DNA from: Octopus sinensis
Taxonomy: Eukaryota
DNA: 64,000 nucleotides
Direction: 5' to 3'
NCBI RefSeq assembly: GCF_006345805.1
Contig: NC_043001.1
Coordinates: 50,716,001 to 50,780,000 of the forward strand
In this document: piece by piece, positions 25,822 through 37,970 of the stretch
Layout of the letters: the number at the start of each line of letters is the position of its first letter
Position numbering within the stretch: the stretch's first letter is position 1
The notes under the pieces: model-generated
The model's input: the letters and a program-made list of their open reading frames with translations, nothing else
What the model was told of the DNA's origin: nothing
Databases searched by the model: none
Program-made: the position numbers and the translations under genes

Positions 25822-28815
25822 TGTAACAAGCGGAATATCTTGTTACCCTATATATGTAAATGATCTACTAGCGTGCAACAAATCCGTGTTAGACGCACCA
25901 CAAAGTAATGTGAGAGGAATTAAAGTGAGCAAAGAGAATGGAGGAAATAAAGAAAATGGAATACCGTGGGAATGAGATGAGCCAGAAGGAAAGGGCTGTG
26001 ACGTCAGTGGTCGAGGGGGGGGCTGACCAGAACAGGAAGGGCGAGAGAAGAAGTGAGGGAAGAAAGACCACGGTCATCCTCTTTCGGATTGGGACACTCA
26101 TCGCAAACAGACATGAGCAGAGTGAGCTAGCGGGTTAGTAACAGCAGCTGCTTACATTAGGTGCGACAGGTAGGGTGCGAGTTTTGGACTTGGTACAGCT
26201 GGACAGCTGACGATGAGAAAGTAGGTGGATTGTATCTTATTTCTCTGCATTAAAATTCCTTCGTACAACAAGCTATTTCGGCATTCATATATAAGTATAT
26301 TTCTCCATTGTTGTTACCTCCTTCTATGGCGAAGGAGATGTAGTGGCCTGGATACATAAGATCAAAGTAGTGACCAGGCACCAGGCTACAAGGCATCGAC
26401 GATGTAGCAGGTCTCATAACCCGTACCTAAGAGAAGCGTGCTGGTGTTGTACCTTGAGTATACCGCAGAGGTTCAGAGACTTGCCACGCTGTCTGGTTTT
26501 ACCGGAGAGGGTCTAGAGAGGGCAGCACGACAGGCCTTCATATATGGCTTTCCCAACGACATACCAGTGCGACTTTCCCGACGACATATCAGACAGCGAA
26601 AAAATGGCGATGAGCGAGCTCATTGCTCAAGCCCGCGTATCGACACAAAACACCAAACGGAAGTCAGTGGCGATGGCAGTTGTGGAAGCCCACGATGTAG
26701 TGCAGCGACCGGTAAAGAACGGGGAGAAGAAAACTGCCGTGGAGCGACAGCGACTGTTCATGAGCCGGTGCTTCAAGTGCCAGGGACCGCACATGGTGAG
26801 GGACTGTGCAGAGACAAAGCCCAGACCCGTTTGCTATCGGTGCAGGCACAGGCTGGACATATCGCTCAAAATTGCATCCAGGGAAAAGGTTACAGGGAAG
26901 TTGCTACCTCTCAAACTTACCCCGCGAGTGAGTAGAGGCACTTGTGCAGTCACTGCCTGTAGTTGAAGTCTTGGTTGGGGGAAAGACGTTCAAAGCCCTC
27001 ATATATATGAGCTGTACCACGTCTCGCGCGTGGACAAAAAACAATTGAAGGGGGCGTGTAGTGTTTGGGCGGTCGATGCAGCGAAATTGGATGTAAGGAT
27101 AACAGCGACGTGGAGATAGCGGCGTGGAGCACAACAATAAGGCTGCAGGGGATCATGATTGACCATGTGGTAGACAGAATTGATGTGGTGATGGGGCTGG
27201 ACGTGATCAACCACCTTGGAGGTGTCAGTGTTGGTGGAGACGTGGTTTCGTTTGGTGGTGCAGCAGCGTCATGCACCATGAATCTGCCACATGAGAGGGA
27301 GCAGAGCTCTGCGAGATACTATACTGCTTACACTGTTGAGGACAAAGATTTTCGAGTGATGTTCGATGGTCAGTAGTGGATGGTAGAGTGGCGCTGGAAA
27401 AGGGAGCCCCTGATGCTGAAGAACAAGCTGTGCTGCTATCAACATACCATGAAAGGACATACCAGGGATGAGTTTGAAGATGTAGAGAGGTGGATTAAGG
27501 AGGGTGTCCTTATCCCATGGAAGGAGGAGATGGTGAGCGGAGCGCAACCACTAATGGCAGTGGTGCAGCCAACAAAGGGCAAAGCCTAGTCGGACTTTTG
27601 GGAGATAAGTGTCCATGTATTGTGCCACTCGGGTGGTGAGGCGACTGATGTCTGTGGTGAGGCGACTGATGTCTGTGGTGAGACGCTGTGCAAATAGAGA
27701 CAGATGACGAGGGCGGCGACGATTGTCGACTTGAAGTCAGCATATTTGCAGTTCCATGTAAGCGAGAAACTGTGACAGTATCATCTTGAATGATATAAGG
27801 GCTAGACATACTGTTTGACTAGGCTGGATTTCAGCAACAGAGCTCAAGTATATCTTGGGAAAGATGGACAGGATAAGAAGGGCCACCAATTCCTAAATAG
27901 ACGATATCTTGGTAGATGAGACAGTAGTGTCTGCCACAGAGGTTCTAAGTCATCTCAAGAAGTTCGGGTTGATTGCAAAGCCACCAAAGCTAATGGTTGG
28001 AGGAGCTACACTGGGAGTCAAGCTTCAAAGAGATTAAACAGGCTCATTGGTGTTCTGGAAAGGAAACGAGATCCCGGAACTGGGTACCAGTGTCAACAGG
28101 AGAGAAGTATTCTAGATATGTGGGAGACTAGTGGGTCACTACTCAGTCGCAGGGTGGCAACGAACAGCTTGCAGCTACGTCAAGAGAAGAGTAGAAGGAG
28201 CAAATTGGGAAAACAAAGTGGGAGAGAAGATGATAGTGATGATGCAGGAGATCCTAGAGAGAACAAGAGCAGAAGACCCAGTATGTGCCCAAATTAGAGA
28301 ATGGGACCGTATGGTGCAATGCTAGAAGCACAATGATAGGATTGTTCTGGGAATTGGAGGCGTCGAAGTGGAGGATGTGGCCTGGCTTCGAAAAGCAGAC
28401 GATTACAGCCATGTCGATGTGGCTGAGTTGGACGCAGTTCTGAAGGGGGTGAATTTGACCCTGAAATGGGACTGCACTCCATTGAAATCCGAACTGATTC
28501 GGCCACCGTGCTTGGTTGGGTAGGATCAGTGATCACTGACAAAAAGAAGGTTTGAACCAAAGGGGCTGCGGAGATGTTAGTAAAGCGCTGCCTAGGGGTT
28601 TGGGGAGAGCTAGCTTCTGAATTTGGTTTGAAGCTGAGCAAAGTCTTTGTGCCTTCAGAAAGGAATAAGGCAGACATTCTAACCAGGGTGTAAAAGGCCT
28701 GGTTGACGGAACCGGAAGATTCGAAACAGGGGACAGCTGCAGTGTGCTGGTTAAGGGACTCAGAACTAAAGAAACTGTATGCCATGCATGCAGATAGAAC
28801 CCTGTGCCTACAACT
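25822..28815 (+). mobile_element. Gypsy-like LTR retrotransposon relic (5' LTR, gag, PR, RT, RNase H; truncated at the start of integrase)
   Basis: LTR-like 25822-26270 (tgtaaca...acaaca, attaaa signal); zinc knuckle CFKCQGPHMVRDC; protease-like FKALI; RT xIDDILV near 27895; RNase H VAELDAVLKG, IRTDSATV, NKADILTR; many stops. Confidence 0.9.
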
Positions 28816-29716
28816 ACCAGGTATATTTTGACAATGTAGTGGAATTGCATTTGCTCCTGTATCTAAACGAACGATTGCACTGTGTGTATCAGGTTCTCAT
28901 CATGTGCCTTCAGTAGTTAATACAGATATTTAAACGCATATATCTAAATACAAGTTCCTCAGATAAAGGGGATACATTACTAAGAAAATGATTAGGTGTA
29001 TTTTTACAGCTATATTCCTGCTGAGGAGGGTACATAATATATTTGACCACTTAATTGTGGTTGGAAATATAATTTCCTTATTGAGATCATGGTATGAGTA
29101 ATGTCTAGCTATGTTTAAATTTAAAGTTATATCGAGGAGGTTAACGATTTCTGGATATTTTAGATTAAATTGTCAGAATGTATTAATGAACCTCTATCCA
29201 AGTATGTTCTTGTCGTTATGGCACATAGTGAGTCCATCATCTCTATTTCATGTCATATGTGCATCTTTAATTCTATTTTTCAAGGTTCGTAATAAAAATA
29301 CACTGGCAAGATCTGATATTTTAACACCAACATAGGTACTCATACGTTTCACGTTTCTTAACTCGCCAAGAAATCATCATAAATAACAATGACATCTTTG
29401 CATGCAAATCTCTCAACCTTTTGCTTACTCCATGCAACATTCTGTATCATGTCACATTATCGAACATTATTCAATATCATGTACCATCAAGTTAGACTTT
29501 GTACTCATTTATCCTGTTCACCTTTGACATCACAATCAACGTGTATGTGTCAACATCACGTTACCACACCACGCGCTACTGTACTATAAATCTATCACAT
29601 TTTACCTACTATTTATCTTAGATTATTTCATATATGTTCCTATGGTTTGAACATTTAAGTTGAATGTCTGTGTAGGTATGTATGTACATGTATGTATACA
29701 CAGTCGTGTATGTATG

Positions 29717-31767
29717 TCATTATTCAGTTTTATTTCAAAATTTCTTGCCAACAGAAAAAGAGTTGGTTTCTAACCTAGATCCAAGGCTCGGTCATTAGAA
29801 TTTCAACAACACCAACAGGATATTTCCGCTTGCATGTGTGTACATGTGGAGTATTTGGAGCCAGTACATGTGCAGATTTGTATATTTTGTTTTATGTATG
29901 TATTCTCATGCATATAGTTTCATGTCTAGGCATGCTCCTTAGGGTGGAATGAAAAATGCAACTTTCAAAATTGATAACCTAGAATCGATATTTTGTTGTG
30001 AATTAAGGTTAAAAGAAAGGTGTATAAAGAACTTTGCGGTTATATATTTTCTCAAGTTCCACAACGCAAATGAAAATTTTAAAAATTGCTATTTTAGGTA
30101 GAATTTTAGATTTCATGGATTATAAGTTGTAACGAATGCATATTTCTTCATAGCAGAATGCAAAAACAGTAAATATAGTATCCTTAAGAGGTTGCACACC
30201 AAGTTTCAATATAATTGATTAATATCTTGAGGTTCTGCATTGACTATAAAAAGAACAGGCGTGTGAATTGCTCTCCAGTGCTGCTGCAATGGTCGTTGCA
30301 TGTGGACGTATGTCATGCGTGAAGTTTTCTGCTTCGTACCTTGACTTTAGACCAGCGTATTAAAATTAATGATTGTGTTAAATTTAGTGCTGTTTACATT
30401 TAGTGATGACTCATAAGCCAATAACGCGCCATGATATTGAATGCCCAATATTTAGTACTCCACGTGTTTTGTCAACTTACAAGGACGTACTAAAAAGTGT
30501 TTTATTTGAACAAGAAAAAGAAAAGAATTTAGTTAAGAAAGCTCCTTCAATTAAACAAATTGTCAAGATTGTAGCAGTAAAGATAATTTTTCTGTGGCAA
30601 AAGGCATCCATCCCTTGTGTTACGATTGAGTCAGTTAAACCGAAAATCATAAACTTTTATTTAAAGTACCAAGCATTACTAAAATCTGTGAAAAATAGAT
30701 GAAATGTGTTATTTCAAACAAAGTGTAATGTGTTTAATAGCAATGCAACAAAAGATTTATTTGACATTTCCTCTTTTAAAAACTGAAGTTTTAGTAGAGA
30801 CAAAAAATATCACAGGGAGTGCAAGATTTTTTTACAGGATCAACAGTCAAATCGAAAAATGGTCATTGGTGGAATAGATCAAGCAGTATCTAAACAGAAA
30901 GTTCAGATGTGGATTAGAAAGAATCGGCCAAATCACAGTTGCCCTTCTACGTCAGCAAAGGAAAGTTTAATATTTTCGGTTTAACTGACTTGATTGTAAC
31001 ACGAAGGATGGATACCTTTTGCCAAAGAAGAATTATCTTTTCTGCTACAATTTTGACAATTTAATTTATTTTAATATGCGTGTAATCTAGACCTCATGTA
31101 ACACATATGTTCAGTGGCCTAGTATTAAAAATAATAAAGAAAATAAGGTCAAAAAGTCTATATATTTTACATAAATTTCAAAATTTCAAGTGTGTTGCGG
31201 AGCCTAAAGTTATAAATTTTAGAGCTTGAGATTTTAAAACTCTTGTCTACAAAGGATTTCGCAAAAGAAAATTAATTTGTAATAATGAATATAAAAACAA
31301 AATGAGGAACAGCGAACGTGTTACAAATTAATTTTTCGCTCGTTATTCAACATTTCAAGTGGGCTGCAGAGCCTGAAGATATAAATTTAAGCATTTCAGA
31401 TTTTAACACAGTTGTTTTTATAGAATTTCGCAATAAAAAAAAATATTTTTGAAACCATATTTCGAAAATCTGCTTAAAAAGTACCTTTTTCGCTCCACTT
31501 TAATGTTCCTATATACTTCAATGATAAAATTTTACAAATTATTACAGTTCCAATGATGGCTTGGATCTATAGTCTTCAAATCAGCTTTCTCCTTTCTGGC
31601 TTTGAGAAGTCTAATTTTTCAAGATTGCTACTTAGGCTGTGTATTACATATCCCAGTGCCCCCATAATTACAACCTGAACTTATGGTCTGGGTAGAGTAA
31701 CTGTAGATTTCTCAATAGTTCAGCGGAAGCATTTTTTTCTCGTTGATCTTTAGCCCTATGTTGTCAG
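29717..31767 (-). mobile_element. RLE-type LINE 3' end flanked by (TATG)n, split by a hAT insertion
   Basis: 29717-29939 plus 31511-31767 align with the uninterrupted copy at 46027-46500. Confidence 0.8.
29940..31502 (+). mobile_element. hAT (hATm-like) internally deleted DNA transposon
   Basis: TIRs tagggtggaatgaaaaa / tttttcgctccacttta; 8-bp TSD atgctcct / atgttcct; N-terminal remnants LWQKASIP, LFDISS, FLQDQQSNRKMVIGGID. Confidence 0.8.
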
Positions 31768-32125
31768 TGTGTATGTATGTATGTATGTATGTATGTATGT
31801 ATGTATGTATGATATTTCTTTCTTTCTTTCTTTGTCTGTGTGTATGTGAGTATGTTTATAGGCATTTGTACATTTCCTTACTTGTTCACTTTATTCAACT
31901 TCCTTTGACAATATCGTGACTGTACATTATTTCACCTGTCATATCTATTAAATCAATTTTTCTAAGAGCTAGCTGTGCACTTGGACATCTCATATATTTA
32001 TGTCATCATCAAAGTTTTGATTTAGTGAGGGTAGTCATCTCTTGAAACACGTGAATATACGGATATTTGAAAGCTAATGACTATGACCAAAGTGAGCGTG
32101 TGTGTGTGTGTGTGTGTATACACAT

Positions 32126-32224
32126 AGTTAATCCAAACATGACCAAGCAAGAAAAAACAACTACACGAGGACGTGGAATAAGTAGTGTTACTGGATGCTC
32201 ACGAAAGGAAAGAAAAGAAAGAGG

Positions 32225-32260
<36 letters not shown>

Positions 32261-32428
32261 GTTTTCCCTTCCTTTGAACTTTCCTTTTCCAATGTTTCTG
32301 ACGAAGAGCTCCGCTCGAAGCGTTAAGTCCTGCTTCTTTCTTTCCTTTCCTGAGCGTCCAATAACACTATACTTGTTCCACATCCTCGCGTTGTTGAGTT
32401 TTCTCTTTGTCTTTTCATGTTTGGATTA

Positions 32429-32431
<3 letters not shown>
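32126..32431 (+). mobile_element. Fold-back repeat with a minimal hammerhead-like motif (Penelope-tail-like)
   Basis: Arms 32126-32217 and 32336-32431; CTGACGA-A-GAGC-tcc-GCTC-GAAG-CGTT at 32298-32324; partial copy at 57348-57433. Confidence 0.7.
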
Positions 32432-32473
<42 letters not shown>

Positions 32474-32492
32474 ATATATATATACATACACG

Positions 32493-34013
32493 CACCCAGA
32501 ACGACACTAATAGCTTTGGAGTGAAATTTAGGATTTCTCGGTTTTATGAGAATCGATTTTGGTAAAGCTTTTCCCAGCTGGTTTGCACACTATGGCAATA
32601 AAATCGTTATGTTTTCATTATTCTGTGCAACGTCCTTTTTTTTGTATTTCAGATTCTTCAGTTTTGGGGTGAACCATGCTTTTGAATGAAAATAGCCCAT
32701 CTGGACATTTGTTTCTCAGAAAATGAAAGGTAATGATACATATTAATGATAGATTGAGTATATATTTAACAGAAAACCATAATAATATTACAATATTTAT
32801 TATTGACATAATGAATTATTTAGCCACATGAGCGCCATTTCGACAGATATCTTCAAAAGCTCTAGTAGCCATGGAATTTGTCGATTCCTTAATAGTAGCA
32901 GGTTGGAATGCTTCTGCTGCAACTTTGATGGTCTCCAATAAGACATCTTTCGAAGTAAATTGATATCCATCAGCATAAACATCTTGTTTAATGATGGACC
33001 AAAGATTTTCGATAAGATTGAGATCCAGAAATGCTAGTGGCCACACCATCAACTTTTCACCTTGTATGCCATAAGACCCGAGGAATGTTTGGGTGTCCTA
33101 GCAGAGTAGAAGAGAGCGTTGTCATGCATGAATATGAAATTCCTTAGAAGTAACTGGAATATGTCATCTAGCCAGGGATCCAAGACTTCCTTCAGGAGAT
33201 TGCAATAGGCAACTGCAGACACTTTAACCTCTTCAGGCACCCTAACTGGGCCAATGAATCTCTCCCCAGTCCATACCATGACTCCTCAACCCTGTTGTTG
33301 ACATCGTAAATGTTGGTAACACTCATTTCCAAAATAGACCCAACCATTTGCTCAACCGTCAGGTTCGTCAAGGATTGCCCTGGTTTTATCAGTGAACAGA
33401 ACACATCTCATGTCTAACGTCATGTACTTTTGAGCCCATTGAAGCCTCAAACTCCTGTGAGGAGGCAGTTTCAAGTGTTCTCGCACGGAAGCCATAGATC
33501 GGAGGATGCGATTTCTGGTGGTTTTTGGTACATAAGGAAGTTCAGAGGTGGTGAAAATGGCTTTGCTTGTTTGTCCAGGTTTCCCACGTAACTTACAGCC
33601 AATACTCCTTAAATCTAAAGTTCTTATAGTTTTGGAGGTCTCACAATCAGATCGTTTCTTCCTTGGCACTCATGTGGCTAAATAATTCATTATATCAATA
33701 AATGTTATAATATTATTATGGTTTTCTGTTAAATATATACTCAATGTATGCTTAATATGTATCATTACCCTTCATTTTCTGGAAAAAAAAATGTCTAGAT
33801 GGGCTATTTTCATTCAAAAGCTATTAGCATGGTTCACCACAAAACTGAAGAATCTGAAATAAAAAAGAAAGGACGTTACACAGAATAATGGAAACATAAC
33901 AATGGTGTTGCCATAGCGTGTAGACCAGTTGGGAAAAGTTTTATCAAAATCAATTCACAGAAAACCGAGAAAACCTAAATTTTACTCCTAAGCTTTTAGC
34001 GTGGTTCTGGGTG
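32493..34013 (-). mobile_element. Tc1-family (DD34E-like) element with TIRs of about 320 bp; pseudogenised transposase
   Basis: TIRs cacccagaac... / ...gttctgggtg; MPRKKRSD..., VLFTD, FMHDNA and WPLAFLDLNLIENLW split across frames 33669->32816. Confidence 0.9.
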
Positions 34014-34021
34014 TATATAAA

Positions 34022-35231
34022 CAGGGTGTTCCATAAAGGGCGTCAAATTTGAAAGGTGAATAATTAAAACGAATTCTTATAAACATGGTTTTAATCTGCA
34101 TATTTGTAATGAGTTATGTCTCCCGTTTAGGTATGGAATACAATATCGGTCATACGTCCGTCTTCACTGAGTCTGCATACATTTATGCATTCCTCGAAAT
34201 TTTCGATAACTCTCTCACAGATGTGTGGCTCGGTGTCTCCAATCATACGCCTGATTCCAGTCTTGGAGGCCATTGCTGGTCACCATGCAAGGATATCACT
34301 CGTTGCGGAAATTCTTTGTATAGTAATGCAAGCGTCTGGCGTGAAATTTGGTCGGTCGTTCCATCCTGCTGAAACCAGAGGTTGTCAATCTCTGTATCTT
34401 CCAAGATCGGCCATAACTGAGTGGATATAATGTCTTGGTAACGTTCTCCATTAATGGTAACTGCATTCCCCTCATTATTTTCAAAGAAGATCGGTCCAAG
34501 CACTCCACCTGTCCAAAAGCCACTCCACACAGTCACTTTGAGGATTTTCTCATTTCCCCAAATCTGGCAGTTGTGTTTATTGACAAATCCACTCAAGTGG
34601 AAGTGGACCTCGTCACTAAAGATGATTTTCTTTGCAAAATTTTCGTCAGCTGCAAGTCTCTCCACAAGCCAGTCAGCAAATTTCCTCCACCTTCCGTGGT
34701 CAGGTGGTTGAAAATGCTGCGTAAGTTGAATTTTGTACGCATGCATATGGAGATCTTTATGTAAAATTTGATGTAATGAAGTAGTGAGGATGCCCAACTG
34801 CTACGAACGTCGGCGAATCAATTTTCCCAAACTCAGAGTGACACTGACTCGCGCAACAGCAGTTGTTTTGTCCGACGAGAACGATTCCGCCTAAGCGATT
34901 TGGCCGTTGCAACTGAACCAGTTGTTTTAAACTTCATCATTAGTCTGCAAACCGTAGACTCGTTGGCTGCTTCATTTCTTCCCAAAATGGTATGAAGTAT
35001 TTGAACTGTTTGAGTCTCACTTTCACCGTTTTGGTAAAATGTCTTCATGATGAGAACGCGTTGCTCAGTTGTAAACTGCTCCATGACACACTACACACTA
35101 TTCTGAAAAACAAACAAAAAACTATTAATCAGAGTGAAGAGTCATAGCAAATGTGATAAAAGCATGCCTTCAAACTTCAAAACACAAAGTGTCGCCCAGT
35201 TCAAATTCGGCGCTCTTTATGGAATACCCTA
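34022..35231 (-). mobile_element. Tc1/mariner-superfamily element (DUF4817-type N-terminus), frameshifted transposase
   Basis: TIRs cagggtgttccataaagggcg / cgctctttatggaataccct; MEQFTTEQRVLI..., IIFSDEVHFHLSGFVNKHNC, WFQQDG, WPPR. Confidence 0.9.
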
Positions 35232-35344
35232 TAAATACACACATACAGATAGATATACAGACAGAGAGTGTTTCTTATGTGTACACTTAGATGTACAACA
35301 GCTACTAGTGAGTATTTGGTCCATGTAAACATAATACCATAAAG

Positions 35345-35446
35345 TGTTCCTCTGAGAAATTTATGTGCTTCAACATCCAATTGCATGCGGATCATCCACG
35401 ACAAATGATGCAAATAACCACATTGGCGAAACGTACGTAGGGAACA
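35345..35446 (+). ncRNA. Decayed type I hammerhead ribozyme motif
   Basis: Stem I tgttcct/gggaaca, core CTGAGAA (variant), stem II atgtg/cacat, GAAA-CGTACG-TA. Confidence 0.6.
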
Positions 35447-36145
35447 AATAATATAATTGCATCTAGTATTTACCATACTTTTTCATATACATGTGGAATA
35501 GAGTACTCGGTGTGTTGCAGATTATATACTTTATTTAGAATGAATTTTTTTCTCATCACTTGAGTTTCATGCCACGGCTATCCTCAGGTGTAATGTTTGT
35601 ATTACTCAGTATATCCGTTCCTTTATATCCATCGGTTGGGCTTGTTCTTTTGATATACCTTTCAATTGTGTTAGCTGGTTTCTGGTGTTCTTTTCATTAT
35701 GCTGCTTTTATTTGAATATCATCTGCAGCTGTTTATCCTTCAAACTTTTTTTTATTTTTGTTTTGTTACTTTATTTCGTTTTAATTTAATTTTTCAAGTT
35801 TCAAGTGTTCTATTGTTTGCTCTAATATTTTTTAAATGTTTGTATTGTTTTTTTTTATTTTATCATCTTAAATTTATTTAAATTCCAATTTTAATTTAGA
35901 TTTGAATTTACATTTACACTTAAAATTAGTTCTCTTCTTTACTTAAAATGGATAACCGACATTTAATTGTAATTATTCACTTATCCTGCATCACGTAATT
36001 TTCTGCCTCATATATCAGTTTATATAAGTCTGTTACATCATCAAGTGCCATTATTGATTCAGTCATGAAAGATCTCTTTCATCACTTATTTAAATGTACG
36101 TGTACTCAACATCCAAACTTTTGAACCATTTCCAAAGGTAATACA

Positions 36146-36387
36146 GTTCTATATTTAAGAGATGAGGAATTATATACATTATTTACATTCGACAAATATT
36201 TGTCCTCATCTTGTTAGTTGTTAACACAACGTTTTGGCTGATATACCCTCCAGCCTTCTTCAGGTGTCTTGGGAAAATTTCAAACCTGGGTTCTCATTCC
36301 TAAGGTATTTTTCGATGTTGTTGTTATTATTCAGGTCACTGCTTAGAATCGAACTCGGAATCCAATAGCAACAACAACAACAACAAC

Positions 36388-36448
<61 letters not shown>

Positions 36449-36545
36449 TCGAAAAATACCTTAGGAATGAGAACCCAGGTTCGAAATTTCCCCAAGACAA
36501 CAAACAAGATGAGGACAAATATCCATTGAATGTAAATAATGTACA
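36146..36545. mobile_element. SINE family D, head-to-head inverted pair around (AAC)n(AAT)n
   Basis: Minus copy 36146-36362 includes the HHR motif at 36223-36268; plus copy 36447-36545 has the HHR segment deleted. Confidence 0.85.
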
Positions 36546-37321
36546 TTTCTGAAGGGTCCAGATTAAGCTACTTCACACATCTAGGGATGCGTTTGACTCT
36601 GAAACTTCACCTAAGTAACTATGTTTGATTACATCCCTTCATCCTTCCATCTTCATGTATGCAACATTATGTAACATATTAAAACTTTTTCTACTGTCAT
36701 GTTCTATATCAGGCATGTGCAACCTTTTGCAAGAAGAGGAATGCGTGAGACATGACTCATCATCAGGCAGGTAACGTTATTAAAAAAAAAATAGAAAAAT
36801 TCAAAGTCATTTTCGTTAGACGTGCCATTTAGAAAGTTCCACAGGACATAGTTTGCACACGACTGTTCTACATCCATTTGTAACATTAAATAATGTCCTG
36901 CATTTTTCACCAAAGGACATCGCTTGATGGTTTATTTTATGCATTGTATTTTGTCAATGCAGAATAGCTTGTTAGAGTTATTTTCAGCCTTGTTTGTTAC
37001 GAGATGAGGACATCGTTGGGGAACAAATTGTAGACAAATGTAATACAGATGTCCAACCAGGTTCCTCTCAGAAGTGAGTATGGCTTGGTAGTATGCAGAA
37101 TGTTTTCAGTAATTGCTTTAAGTACCTATGTAGTCGCAAGCAGACATAAGTGCCCTCTCGGCCCCATTACTTTTGACTGAGTGAAATACCCAAGATGTGA
37201 CAGCTGAAGTAAGTGAAGAAGAGAGAGATGGTACTCCCTATAACTGAGTAGCAGAGCCGTTTTAGTAGTATAATAGGACACAAGAAAATTAATACACTAG
37301 GCTCTATAGTATATCTTCTAT

Positions 37322-37730
37322 CTTTTACTTGTTTCAGTTATTAGACTGCAGCCATGCTGGGGCACCGCTTTGAAGAATTTTTAGCCAAATCAATCAACTT
37401 CAGTGCTTTTTCTTTTGTTAAACCTGGTACTTATTCTATCGGCCTCTTTTGCTTAACCACTAGATTACGGGGACATAAACACACCAACACTGGTTGTCAG
37501 CAGTGGTGGGGCAAAAACAAATACACACAGGCATGCACACATGCACCACGCTCACACACATATATATATACAACGGGCTTATTTCAGTTTCCATCTACCA
37601 AATTCACTCATAAGGCTTTGATTGGCTCAAGGCAATAGTAGAAGATACTTGCCCAAGGTGCTATGCAGTGGGACTGAACCCGGAACCATATGGTTGAGAA
37701 GCAAGCTTCTTACCACACAGCCATGCCTGT
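37322..37730 (-). mobile_element. SINE family A
   Basis: Homology to the other copies. Confidence 0.85.
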
Positions 37731-37970
37731 GTCTTATTGACAGCAAATCATAACATAGCATTAGGGCCCTAGACCTGTGCTCATGCCTTAAGATGGCACT
37801 ACTGAGTAGATTGGAGCAACAGGAAAACAAGTTCCTTGCTCAAGGATGCAACACACAAGCTGAATTCAAGAATTGGATGCATGACCTTATGATAATGAAC
37901 TAAATACCCTAACTACTAAGCCATGCTCCTTCACAGGAGACATACAGTGAATAAACTGTCATCAAATGTA

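Noticed and set aside
29333-29398. Minus-strand TGATGA-tttctt/aagaaa-GAAACGTATG motif
   Set aside because: Possibly a dead HHR, but C3, the cleavage triplet and stem I are missing.
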